32,000 bases of DNA from Propionibacterium freudenreichii subsp. freudenreichii (lineage in GTDB: Bacteria; Actinomycetota; Actinomycetes; Propionibacteriales; Propionibacteriaceae), in NCBI RefSeq assembly GCF_000940845.1, contig NZ_CP010341.1, positions 930,001-962,000 on the forward strand, given 5' to 3'. Every line of letters starts with the position of its first letter. The stretch's first letter is position 1. Positions 17,292 to 26,321 of this stretch are shown in pieces. The notes under the pieces were generated by a model, which searched no databases, had not been told where the DNA came from, and saw nothing but the letters and a program-made list of their open reading frames with translations. A program made the position numbers and the translations under genes.

Positions 17292-18032
17292 TCATGCATC
17301 CACGGTCAACGCGGTGATCTGACGGCCGTATGAGTTGGCCAGGATCACCAGGGTGGTCTGGTGCGATTTGTTGAAGTGCACCCGCCCGGTGGTCGTTCCG
17401 CCGGCCGTCACCGTTCCGGTGGCCAACGCACCGGAGGCCTTGTACTGGTTCGATCCGCCATCGGTGTCGAGGGCGAAGAAGCTGAAGCCCAGGGACCCGC
17501 TGGTGCCCTTGACCTCCACCTCGAGGTTCAGGCCGGTGGAATCCCAGGTTGACTTCGTGATGGTCCACTGGCCCTTGAAGCCTTCGTAGTCCACCGGGAT
17601 GGTGTTGGAGTCCGGCAGCGCGGTCGGCGGCGTCGCCGGACTGGTCGCAGGCCGGGCGCTGGACGCTGCGGAGGGCGAGGGAGATGCCGCCTGCGCGCCC
17701 TGCTTGGGTGAGCGCACCGCGAGGGTCACCAACACCGCCACGATGATGAGTGCGACCACGACCACCAGGACCACCGGGCCGCGTGCCGAGCGCACCTGGA
17801 AGCGGTTGATGGCCGGGGGCGGGGTCTCCGGGGCCGGGGTATCCGTGCGGGAAGGCGGCGTCGCGGCGGGTGGTGGTGCCTGCCACGGGGACGGGGGAGT
17901 GGCCATGTCGGGCACATCGGGCTGATCTCCGTAGGGATCAATGCCCTGGGGCGGGCCCTGCACGGGCGGCGCGTCCGGTCCGGTGTCCTGCTCGTGGTCG
18001 CCGCGGGGATCGTGTGTCGGAGGTTCGCTCAT
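17292..18032 (-). CDS. Single-pass membrane protein: Pro-rich cytoplasmic N-terminus, TM helix, Ser/Pro/Ala linker, C-terminal beta-rich DUF4352-like domain
   Basis: 246 aa. TM segment GPVVLVVVVALIIVAVLVTLAV. The C-terminal ~105 aa (IPVDYEGFKGQWTITKSTWDSTGLNLEVEVKGTSG...GRVHFNKSHQTTLVILANSYGRQITALTVDA) has the alternating pattern of Ig-like DUF4352 domains common in actinobacteria. GAGG RBS upstream. Confidence 0.65.
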   Translation of the reverse strand: MSEPPTHDPRGDHEQDTGPDAPPVQGPPQGIDPYGDQPDVPDMATPPSPWQAPPPAATPPSRTDTPAPETPPPAINRFQVRSARGPVVLVVVVALIIVAVLVTLAVRSPKQGAQAASPSPSAASSARPATSPATPPTALPDSNTIPVDYEGFKGQWTITKSTWDSTGLNLEVEVKGTSGSLGFSFFALDTDGGSNQYKASGALATGTVTAGGTTTGRVHFNKSHQTTLVILANSYGRQITALTVDA

Positions 18033-18080
18033 GGTGGCCTCAGACTATGCCAGCGTGCCGGGGGGACGCCTGCGGCCGGG

Positions 18081-18175
18081 CCGGTCCCCGGATGCCGGCA
18101 CACACCCCGGTCCCCGATGTCAGGCGACACGGGATGCCAGACCACACGGGATGCCAGACCACACGGGATCTGTGG
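18081..18175. repeat. Degenerate direct-repeat array (about 5 units; two perfect 17-bp units) in a divergent promoter region
   Basis: Units are cggatgccggcacacac (18089), ccgatgtcaggcgacac (18114), GGGATGCCAGACCACAC (18131), GGGATGCCAGACCACAC (18148) and gggatc... (18165). CCGGTCCCC precedes units 1 and 2. An adjacent 8-bp inverted repeat is ATCTGTGG (18168-18175) / CCACAGAT (18195-18202). Confidence 0.85.
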
Positions 18176-18248
18176 GCGGTGCGCATCGGATCATCCACAG
18201 ATGGCCGAGACGCTGCCCGGCGATGGTCGCGCGGCACATACAGCAGGC

Positions 18249-19259
18249 ATGAATGATCATGAAGTTCACCTGCACATCACCACGCCCGACGAGCTGGTCG
18301 CGCTGATTCCCTACTGGTTGGGCTACCACCCGCATGACAACGTGGTGATCCTCGCCCAGCGCCACGGACGCGTCGAACTCGGCTGCGCGCTCACCACCGA
18401 CCAGGTGGGACAGGCCGATGTACTCGCCGACCTGGCCGACATGCTGAGCACCCGGGTCGGCGACGCCATGCTCATGGTCGTCGGCTACGGACCTGCGCGC
18501 AGCACCGACGAGGCCGTGGCCTGCGTCGAGATCGCCCTGGGCGCCCAGCAGATCGACATTTCCCTGGTGGTGAGCGATCGACGCTTTTGGGTGCGCAGCG
18601 CCGGGGAACGGGTCGAGTGGTCGCCGGGCCATCGCTTCGATCCACGCGCCTCGGTGGCGGCGACCGCAGCGGTCAGCGCGGGCCTGCAGGTCCTGGGCGG
18701 CCGCGACCAGGTATCCGCCCTGGTGGCGGGGCCCGGAGCCGATGATCGCGCGATCGCCGACGCGTGGCGGACCGCCCGCCAGCAGGCCTCGGCCTGGTCG
18801 CCGGGTCAACGGGAGGAATTCCTGGACGATTGCCTGACACGAAGCGTCGACCACGCCGAGGACCTGTCGCGCGACGAACTGACGCAGTTGGGTGCCCTGG
18901 TGCAGTGCCTGGAGCTGCGTGACCGTGCATGGCTGGCCATGGACAGCGTGGGGGCCTGGCGCCATCAACAGCTCTGGTTGGCGGTGGTGGCACTCACCCC
19001 ACCGTCCGCCGCGGCGCCGGTGCTGTGCCTGACCGCAGTGGCGGCCTGGCTGGGTGGGGGCGGTGCCGTCTTCACCGAATGCCTGGTGCGCTGCGAACAG
19101 GTCGATCCGGACTATTCGATGCTGGCGGTGCTGCGGGAGGTGCATGACCTCGCCGTACCTCCCAGCATGTGGAAGCGCATGGGGCGCGATCGGCGCGACC
19201 GACACCGCCGGCTGCGCCAACCAGCCCCTCCGGTGATCGCTGATCCGCAGGCCTCATGA
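18249..19259 (+). CDS. DUF4192-like protein (function unknown)
   Basis: Listed ORF 17994..19259 trimmed to ATG 18249 (alternative in-frame ATG at 18201). The N-terminus ITTPDELVALIPYWLGYHPHDNVVILAQRHGRVELGCAL matches the characteristic DUF4192 opening as I recall it. 336 aa. Confidence 0.7.
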   Translation: MNDHEVHLHITTPDELVALIPYWLGYHPHDNVVILAQRHGRVELGCALTTDQVGQADVLADLADMLSTRVGDAMLMVVGYGPARSTDEAVACVEIALGAQQIDISLVVSDRRFWVRSAGERVEWSPGHRFDPRASVAATAAVSAGLQVLGGRDQVSALVAGPGADDRAIADAWRTARQQASAWSPGQREEFLDDCLTRSVDHAEDLSRDELTQLGALVQCLELRDRAWLAMDSVGAWRHQQLWLAVVALTPPSAAAPVLCLTAVAAWLGGGGAVFTECLVRCEQVDPDYSMLAVLREVHDLAVPPSMWKRMGRDRRDRHRRLRQPAPPVIADPQAS

Positions 19260-19575
19260 GCGCTCACCGTCCCGCCGCCGGGCATGCGCCGCCACCGCGT
19301 CCATCGCCATCGTCGCGCAGGGGGGTTCGACGGGTGTCCTATAAGCTGGGGGCCACATGTGATTGAGCCGTTTTCCCGGCCGACCACGCTGCCGATTCCG
19401 CCCGGCACGCAGGTGATGAAGACCTGTGCACCACGGCCCCCGGGGGTCACGGGCGGAGCCGGCGCCGCGGGCTTCCCCGGTGCTGCCTGAGGGCATTGCC
19501 CTGACGAGGCATCGGGGTTTTGTGTGTCGGGAACTGCTTGATCGCTGAACAGCAGCAGCACAGGAGGCACAGCAA

Positions 19576-22104
19576 GTGAGCCAGGGCGAGCCGAAGCACG
19601 ACGCCGCAACCGTTTCTGAAGAGCGTTCCGGATATGACGCTCCCGCGGCCGAGGCCAAGTGGCAGAAGTACTGGGCTGAGCACGAGACCTTCAAGGCCTC
19701 CGACGCGCCGGATGACAAGCGCCAGCGGCGCTATGTGCTGGACATGTTCCCCTATCCCTCGGGCGACCTGCACATGGGTCACGCCGAGGCCTACGCAATG
19801 GGTGATGTGCTCGCCCGCAGCTGGCGCATGCAGGGCTTCAATGTGATGCACCCGATCGGCTGGGACTCCTTCGGGCTGCCCGCGGAGAATGCCGCCATCA
19901 AGAACAACGAGCATCCCGCGCGCTGGACCTACGAGAACATCGCGACCCAGAAGAAGTCCTTCCAGCGCTATGGGCTGAGCCTTGACTGGAGTCGCGAGCT
20001 GCACACCAGCGACGAGGAGTACTACCACTGGACGCAGTGGCTGTTCATCCAGTTCTTCAAGAAGGGACTCGCCTACCAGAAGGACGGCTACGTCAACTGG
20101 TGCCCCAAGGACCAGACCGTGCTGGCCAACGAGCAGGTCAAGGAGGGCCGCTGCGAGCGTTGCGGCACCCTGGTGACCAAGCGCGAGCTCAAGCAGTGGT
20201 ACTTCCGCATCACCGAATACGCACAGCGCCTGCTGGACGACATGGCCCAGCTCGAGGGCAAGTGGCCCGAGCGCGTGCTGGCGATGCAGCGCAATTGGAT
20301 CGGACGCTCCGAGGGCGCCTGGGTGAAGTTCCACATCGACGGCCGCGATGAGCCCGTCACCGTGTTCACCACCCGACCCGACACGCTCTACGGCGCCACC
20401 TTCATGGTCGTGGCACCCGATGCGGCGCTGGCCGATGAGGTGGTCACCGACGAGCACCGGGCGGCCTTTGAGGCGTATCGCGAGAAGACCAACCACTCCA
20501 CCGAGATCGAACGCCAGTCAACTGAGCACGTGAAGACCGGGGTCCCGCTGGGCGTGGAGGCCACCAACCCGGTCAACGGCGAGAAGATCCCGGTGTGGGC
20601 CGCGGACTATGTGCTGTCGGAGTACGGCTCCGGCGCGGTCATGGCAGTGCCGGCACATGACCAGCGCGACCTCGACTTCGCCCTGAAGTACGGGCTGCCG
20701 GTGCGTCAGGTGATTGACACCGGCGAGGGCGATCCGGCACAGACCGGCGTGGCCACCGCCGGCGATGGTGCCTATATGAACTCCGGGCCCCTCGACGGGC
20801 TGAAGGACAAGGAATCCGGCAAGAAGACCATTGTCGAGCAGTTGCAGGCGCAGGGCACGGGGGAGCAGACGGTCACCTACCGCCTGCGCGACTGGCTGCT
20901 GTCGCGCCAGCGCTTCTGGGGCTGCCCGATTCCGATCATCCACTGCCCCAACTGCGGTGACGTGCCGGTACCGGACGACCAGCTGCCGGTGAAGCTGCCG
21001 GACCTGCGCGGTGAGGCACTGGCTCCCAAGGGCATCTCCCCACTGGCCGCCGCCACGCAGTGGAAGTCCGTCACCTGCCCGGTGTGTGGCAAGCCCGCCG
21101 AGCGGGACACCGACACCATGGACACCTTCGTCGACTCGTCGTGGTATTTCTTCCGCTATTGCTCGCCCCATGATGACCAGGGCCCCTTCCGCGCCGAGGA
21201 CGTGGCTCGTTGGGCTCCCGTGGACCAGTACATCGGCGGCGCGGAGCACGCCACCATGCACCTGCTCTATGCCCGCTTCTTCACCAAGGTGCTGAAGGAC
21301 CTGGGCATGATCGACTTCGTCGAACCCTTCACCCGGCTGCTCAACCAGGGCCAGGTGATCAACCAGGGCAAGGCCATGAGCAAGTCGCTCGGCAATGGCG
21401 TCAACCTGGGTGAGCAGCTCGACAAGTACGGGGTCGATGCGGTGCGCCTGACGGTCGTCTTCGCCGGTCCGCCCGACGAGGACATCGACTGGGCCGATCT
21501 GTCGCCCAAGAGCTCACTGCGGTTCCTGCAGCGTGCCCACCGGCTCGCCGGCGAGGTCACCTCGCCGCTCGGCGCCGATCCGGCCAGTGGCGACCGCCCC
21601 CTGCGTCGCGCGACCCACAAGGCGATCTCGGAGATCACCGACCTGCTGGCCGCCGGCCGGTTCAATGTGGCCATCGCCCGCATCATGGAACTGGTGAATG
21701 CCACCCGCAAGACCGTTGACGGGCACAATGCCCCCAACTCGAATGCCGGGAGCGACGATCCGGCGGTCAGGGAGGCCGTCGAGTTCATCGCCCAGGCGCT
21801 GAGCCTGTTCGCCCCCTATGTCTCCGAGGAGATGTGGGAGGTGCTGGGACATGCCCCGTCGATCGCCGACAGCAGCTGGCCCACCGCCGATCCGGCACTG
21901 CTCGCGGCCGAGGAGGTCACGATGGTGGTGCAGGTGCAGGGCAAGGTGCGTGCCAAGCTGTCCGTGTCGCCCCAGATCACCGAGCAGCAGGCCATTGAGG
22001 CCGCCATGGCCGACTCCAATGTGCAGCGCGCGCTGAACGGACGTCCGGTGGTCAAGACGATCACGAAACTGCCCCGTATGGTGAGTCTGGTTCCCGGCAA
22101 GTAG
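19576..22104 (+). CDS. leuS: Leucine--tRNA ligase
   Basis: GTG start with AGGAGG upstream. [11 protein letters not shown] (HIGH-type) and [10 protein letters not shown] (KMSKS-type) motifs, plus the CP1 editing domain. 842 aa. Confidence 0.97.
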   Translation: MSQGEPKHDAATVSEERSGYDAPAAEAKWQKYWAEHETFKASDAPDDKRQRRYVLDMFPYPSGDLHMGHAEAYAMGDVLARSWRMQGFNVMHPIGWDSFGLPAENAAIKNNEHPARWTYENIATQKKSFQRYGLSLDWSRELHTSDEEYYHWTQWLFIQFFKKGLAYQKDGYVNWCPKDQTVLANEQVKEGRCERCGTLVTKRELKQWYFRITEYAQRLLDDMAQLEGKWPERVLAMQRNWIGRSEGAWVKFHIDGRDEPVTVFTTRPDTLYGATFMVVAPDAALADEVVTDEHRAAFEAYREKTNHSTEIERQSTEHVKTGVPLGVEATNPVNGEKIPVWAADYVLSEYGSGAVMAVPAHDQRDLDFALKYGLPVRQVIDTGEGDPAQTGVATAGDGAYMNSGPLDGLKDKESGKKTIVEQLQAQGTGEQTVTYRLRDWLLSRQRFWGCPIPIIHCPNCGDVPVPDDQLPVKLPDLRGEALAPKGISPLAAATQWKSVTCPVCGKPAERDTDTMDTFVDSSWYFFRYCSPHDDQGPFRAEDVARWAPVDQYIGGAEHATMHLLYARFFTKVLKDLGMIDFVEPFTRLLNQGQVINQGKAMSKSLGNGVNLGEQLDKYGVDAVRLTVVFAGPPDEDIDWADLSPKSSLRFLQRAHRLAGEVTSPLGADPASGDRPLRRATHKAISEITDLLAAGRFNVAIARIMELVNATRKTVDGHNAPNSNAGSDDPAVREAVEFIAQALSLFAPYVSEEMWEVLGHAPSIADSSWPTADPALLAAEEVTMVVQVQGKVRAKLSVSPQITEQQAIEAAMADSNVQRALNGRPVVKTITKLPRMVSLVPGK

Positions 22105-22160
22105 CGCGTCCGGGCGCGTCGGCGCCCCATGGCGTGCCCGGGTGGATGGAGGAAGAACCA

Positions 22161-23453
22161 GTGAGTGAGCTGCTGCTCCACAACGTTGACCTGCTCGGCG
22201 AGGGCCTTGGCGACCTGTTCGTGCGCGGCGAGCGGCTGGCCGATCCGGCCGAAGCATCCTCGCAGGTGCCGACGGTGGATTGCTCGGGCCTCATTGCCCT
22301 GCCGGCGCTGGTCGACCCCCACACGCACCTGCGTGATCCCGGTCAGGGAAACGCCGAGACCATCGCCACCGGACTGCAGGCGGCGGTGCGGGGTGGCTAC
22401 GGGGCCGTATTCGCCATGCCCAACACCGATCCGGTGGCCGACTCCGCCGAAGTGGTCGAATACGAGCTCGATACGGCACGGCAGGTTGGCATCTGCGACC
22501 TCTACCCCATCGGAGCGGTCACCACGGGACAGGCGGGACAGGAGCTCGCCGACCTCGAGGGGATGGCCGCCAGCGGGGCAGCAGTGCGCATGTTCAGTGA
22601 CGACGGGCACTGCGTGTCGCGGTCGGACCTGATGCGTGGCGCGCTGGAACGCACCAGCCGGCTGGGCGGGTTCGTCGCCCAGCACGCCCAGGACCCGTTG
22701 CTGACGGTCGGCGCACAACTTGATGACGGCCCCCTGGCAGCTGAGCTGGGCAAGCCGGGCTGGCCGGGCATGGCCGAGTCGGTGATCATCGCGCGCGATG
22801 CGCTCATGGCCGGCTACCTGGGGGCCAGGCTCCACGTCTGCCATGTGTCGACTGCCGCCGGCGTCGAGGTGGTGCGCTGGGCCAAGCACCAGGACATCGA
22901 CATCACCGCCGAGGCGACACCCCACCATCTGGCGCTCACCACCGACGAGGTGGCCAGCCAGGATCCCGACTTCAAGGTGAACCCCCCGCTGCGTGGGCCC
23001 GCGGATGTCCAGGCCGTGCGGGACGCCTTCCTGGACGGCACGCTCGATATGGTCGGCACCGACCATGCCCCCCATCCCGACGCCGCCAAGGCCTGCGGTT
23101 GGGATCAGGCCGCCAACGGCATGCTGGGGCTGGAAACCGCCCTGGCCGTGGTGGCCGACCTGTTCGTGCAGAGCGGGAGGATGACCTGGCGCCAGCTGTC
23201 CGACCGCATGAGTCAGGCCCCCGCCCGGTTGCTGGGCATCGAGGCCGAACACGGCGGGCACCTGGAGGTCGGCCGATTCGCCAACATCTGCCTGGTCGAC
23301 CCCGACCACCCGTGGCGGGTTGATCCGGCGCGACTGGCGTCCATCGCCCACAACACGCCGTTCAAGGAACGCAACTACCGCACCAGTGTCGCGGCCACCC
23401 TGCTGCGGGGTCGGGCGACCTATGACCCGGGGAGACATTTCAGCTTGGCATAA
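22161..23453 (+). CDS. pyrC: Dihydroorotase (class I, PyrC-type)
   Basis: Listed ORF trimmed to GTG 22161 (GGAGGAAG upstream). VDPHTHLRDPG, FAMPNTDP, RMFSDDG, LHVCHVSTA, EATPHHL and GTDHAPH form the full amidohydrolase metal-ligand set of actinobacterial PyrC. Confidence 0.8.
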   Translation: MSELLLHNVDLLGEGLGDLFVRGERLADPAEASSQVPTVDCSGLIALPALVDPHTHLRDPGQGNAETIATGLQAAVRGGYGAVFAMPNTDPVADSAEVVEYELDTARQVGICDLYPIGAVTTGQAGQELADLEGMAASGAAVRMFSDDGHCVSRSDLMRGALERTSRLGGFVAQHAQDPLLTVGAQLDDGPLAAELGKPGWPGMAESVIIARDALMAGYLGARLHVCHVSTAAGVEVVRWAKHQDIDITAEATPHHLALTTDEVASQDPDFKVNPPLRGPADVQAVRDAFLDGTLDMVGTDHAPHPDAAKACGWDQAANGMLGLETALAVVADLFVQSGRMTWRQLSDRMSQAPARLLGIEAEHGGHLEVGRFANICLVDPDHPWRVDPARLASIAHNTPFKERNYRTSVAATLLRGRATYDPGRHFSLA

Positions 23454-23524
23454 TGGGTAGTCAGGGCGCCATGTTGATGCCCCAACCATCGCATGGCATG
23501 GCAATGACGCCGGAAGGGGACTGC

Positions 23525-25225
23525 GTGTCTCAGGATTTCGAATATGTCCGCGAAGATGGCGAGGAGGTCGTGCGCATCGCCGCGCGTGGCCGTGAGGTGC
23601 TTGCCCATCCGATGATCAACTTCGGCACGGCGTTCACCCGTTCGGAGCGTGAGGAACTCGGCCTGATCGGGTTGCTGCCCCCCGGCGTCACCAACGTCTA
23701 CGACCAGGTGAAGCGCATCTACCGCCAGTACAAGACAGAGCCGAATCCGATGGCCCGCTATGTCTTCCTGACAGCGCTCAAGGACCGCAACGAGGTGCTG
23801 TTCTACAGGCTGGTGTCCGAGCACATCGAAGAGATGCTGCCGATCATCTATACGCCGACCATCGGGCGGGCCATCGAGGAATTCAGCAACTGGTTCCACC
23901 GGCCCAGCGGAGTGTTCATCGACATCGACCACCCCGATGAGATCGAGAAATCGCTGCGCGCCTACAACCTGGCCTCGGACGATGTCGACCTCATCGTCGT
24001 GACCGACTCCGAGGGCATCCTGGGGATCGGCGACCAGGGAGTGGGTGGCGTGTCCATCACCGTCGGCAAGCTCGCGGTGTACACCGCTGCCGCCGGGATC
24101 CATCCCAACCGCGTGATGCCCGTCGTGCTCGACACCGGTACGAACAACCTCCAGTTGCTCAACGATGACGGCTATCTGGGGGTGCGCCATTCGCGGGTAC
24201 GCGGAGAGCGCTATGACGAATTCGTCGACCAGTTCACCCGGACCGCCCATCGGCTGTTCCCCCATGCCATGGTGCACTGGGAGGATTTCGCAGCCGCCAA
24301 TGCCCACCGCATCCTGGCGCGCTATCGCGATGAGCTGTGCACCTTCAACGACGACATCCAGGGCACCGCTGCCGTCGTGGCGGCCGCCGCCCTGTCTGCC
24401 GTGCGTCGCTCCGAGATCCCGTTGACCGATCAACGCATCGTCATCTTCGGTGCTGGCACGGCAGGAGTGGGAATCTCTGACCTGCTGGTGCAGATGATGG
24501 TCGACTACGGCATCGACGAGCAGGAGGCGCGCAAGCACTTCTGGGCGATCGGCAGCCACGGGCTGATCGTCGAGGGCATGAAGATGCGCGATTTCCAGCA
24601 TCCCTATGCCCGCGCCGAATCGGATGTGGCCGGTTGGCGTCGCCACGACCTGGCCGAGGTGGTCAAGCGGGTGAAGCCCACCATGCTCATTGGCTCCTCC
24701 GCCCAGCCGGGCGCCTTCAGTGAGGACGTCGTGCGGGCCATGGCCGCCCAGCAGGAACGCCCCATCATCATGCCGCTGTCCAATCCCACCTCGAAGATCG
24801 AGGCCTTGCCCGCTGACCTGCTCAAGTGGACCGACGGGCGGGCCCTGATCGCCACCGGATCGCCCTTCGATCCCGTCACCTACGGCGGAACCACCCATAC
24901 GATCGCCCAGGCCAACAATGCGCTGGTCTTCCCGGGCATCGGGCTCGGCGTCATCGCGGTGCGGGCCACCAAGGTTTCGGATGGCATGATCCTGGCCGCT
25001 GCGAAGGCCGTTGCCCGCGCCGGACTGAGCCGCTACTCGGGCGCCTCGCTGTTGCCACCGGTCAGTGAGTTGCGCTCGGTGTCGGCCAAGGTCGGCTTCG
25101 ACGTCGCGCAGCGGGCCATCACCGAGGGCTTGGCGGAAGTGATTCCCGACGACCTCGTGCAGGCCATCTCCGATCACATGTGGCATCCCACCTACCCGCG
25201 CGTGGAAGTCGTCGACGAGGTCTGA
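23525..25225 (+). CDS. NAD-dependent malic enzyme (large SfcA/MaeA type)
   Basis: IYTPTIG, VVTDSEGILGIGDQGVGG, FNDDIQGTAAV, IFGAGTAGVGI, MPLSNPT and ANNALVFPGIGLG are malic-enzyme motifs. Start uncertain: GTG 23525 has GGAAGGGG upstream, while ATG 23453 overlaps the pyrC stop (TAATG). Confidence 0.9.
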   Translation: MSQDFEYVREDGEEVVRIAARGREVLAHPMINFGTAFTRSEREELGLIGLLPPGVTNVYDQVKRIYRQYKTEPNPMARYVFLTALKDRNEVLFYRLVSEHIEEMLPIIYTPTIGRAIEEFSNWFHRPSGVFIDIDHPDEIEKSLRAYNLASDDVDLIVVTDSEGILGIGDQGVGGVSITVGKLAVYTAAAGIHPNRVMPVVLDTGTNNLQLLNDDGYLGVRHSRVRGERYDEFVDQFTRTAHRLFPHAMVHWEDFAAANAHRILARYRDELCTFNDDIQGTAAVVAAAALSAVRRSEIPLTDQRIVIFGAGTAGVGISDLLVQMMVDYGIDEQEARKHFWAIGSHGLIVEGMKMRDFQHPYARAESDVAGWRRHDLAEVVKRVKPTMLIGSSAQPGAFSEDVVRAMAAQQERPIIMPLSNPTSKIEALPADLLKWTDGRALIATGSPFDPVTYGGTTHTIAQANNALVFPGIGLGVIAVRATKVSDGMILAAAKAVARAGLSRYSGASLLPPVSELRSVSAKVGFDVAQRAITEGLAEVIPDDLVQAISDHMWHPTYPRVEVVDEV

Positions 25226-25244
25226 ACCGCCATCGGCCCCTGAG

Positions 25245-25281
25245 CCGCCGGGCGCCCATCCACAGGGCCGTCGCCCGGCGG
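25245..25281 (+). terminator. GC hairpin after the malic enzyme gene (candidate terminator)
   Basis: CCGCCGGGCG (25245-25254) and CGCCCGGCGG (25272-25281) form a perfect 10-bp stem with a 17-nt loop, 20 nt after the stop. No U-tract. Confidence 0.4.
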
Positions 25282-25343
25282 GTTGGCCGTCCCCAGCCAT
25301 GGGTTGATGGGTTGATCGCCCGCGGCGCGCACACAGTGGGTGC

Positions 25344-26321
25344 GTGCAGCTCTCCCCACGTGGTCGGATCCCGGATTCCGAAGCACTGGCCCATCGCCTT
25401 CGCGAGGTGATGGCGGGCCAGCGTATCGGCCCGCCCATTCCCGGTGCCGAGGAGGCGGGGGAGGGACAACCGCAGGCCCACGACCTGGCTGACGAGCTGC
25501 CCCAGCTGACGGTGGGCCGCGATGCCGGGTGGCGCGACGACTGGGGCGGGACCTCCGGGGGACCGGTCGAACCGGACCCGGACCCCGACCGGGCAGTGGA
25601 CCGGACAGGTGAACCCTACGAGGAGTTCGCCCCCGCACCAGGTGGACGCTGGTCCACCATGGTCACTCGACTGGGTTCGTTCGGGCGTGCCCATTTCGGG
25701 GTCATCGCCGTGGTCTGCGTGGTCTTCATGGTGCTCGCCGGCGGTCAGCTCCTCAAGGCACGCAGCACCCGGGTCCCCGCTGCCACGGCGGTGCCGGTGG
25801 CGGGGTCGATGTCGCCATCGTCGCCGTCGGTGACCCCCACGCCCACGCCGCAGCTGCGCGTCCACGTGACCGGGGCCGTGCAGAATCCCGCCGTGCAATC
25901 CCTGCCGGCCCAGGCCCGCGTCGCCGACGCCATCGCGGCCGCCGGGGGACTGCGCGGGGACGCCGACGCGGGCGAACTCAACATGGCGGCACCAGTGTGC
26001 GACGGATGCCAACTCATCATCGGCACGAAGGGCTCACCCCGTGGCGAGCTGAAGAACCCCGACGGGGCTGGAACCGACTCCGGCCCGGCCGCCGGGGCCG
26101 GTGGTGGGGCGGGCGGGTCGCGCCCGGGGACGGTGAACATCAACACGGCGAACGCCGCGGCGCTCGATCAGCTGCCCGGGGTCGGACCGGTCACCGCCGA
26201 GAAGATCATCGCCTGGCGCACCCAGCACGGGAAGTTCACCCGGGTGGACCAGCTGCGGGAGGTCGACGGCATCGGGGCCAAGTCCTATGAACGGATGAAG
26301 GACAGTGTCACGGTGGGCTGA
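25344..26321 (+). CDS. comEA: ComEA-family DNA-binding protein (SLBB + helix-hairpin-helix) with long N-terminal extension
   Basis: TM segment GVIAVVCVVFMVLAGG. SLBB-like LRVHVTGAVQNPAVQSLPAQARVADAIAAAGG. C-terminal HhH VNINTANAAALDQLPGVGPVTAEKIIAWR...GIGAKSYERM. The start (GTG 25344) is uncertain. Confidence 0.88.
   Translation: MQLSPRGRIPDSEALAHRLREVMAGQRIGPPIPGAEEAGEGQPQAHDLADELPQLTVGRDAGWRDDWGGTSGGPVEPDPDPDRAVDRTGEPYEEFAPAPGGRWSTMVTRLGSFGRAHFGVIAVVCVVFMVLAGGQLLKARSTRVPAATAVPVAGSMSPSSPSVTPTPTPQLRVHVTGAVQNPAVQSLPAQARVADAIAAAGGLRGDADAGELNMAAPVCDGCQLIIGTKGSPRGELKNPDGAGTDSGPAAGAGGGAGGSRPGTVNINTANAAALDQLPGVGPVTAEKIIAWRTQHGKFTRVDQLREVDGIGAKSYERMKDSVTVG

Noticed and set aside
18081-18175. CRISPR array
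   Set aside because: The repeats are directly tandem 17-bp units with no spacers, there are only about 5 copies, and no cas genes lie nearby. This is a tandem or iteron-like repeat, not CRISPR.
19284-19490. 68-aa ORF (MRRHRVHRHRRAGG...) as a real small gene
   Set aside because: No RBS, odd composition, GC3 only moderately elevated and no recognisable domain. It is kept as a question within the leuS-upstream finding rather than called as a CDS.
19260-19575. T-box riboswitch or Leu leader peptide upstream of leuS
   Set aside because: There is no T-box consensus (GGTGGTACCGCG-like), no terminator/antiterminator pair with a U-tract, and no Leu-codon-rich mini-ORF.
21816-25438. Two very long minus-strand ORFs (21816..23504, 562 aa; 23420..25438, 672 aa)
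   Set aside because: They are antisense to pyrC and malic enzyme, both of which carry complete catalytic motif sets. The same reasoning applies to 15352..16722, 5573..6850, 6857..8065, 26922..28130 and 27139..28149.
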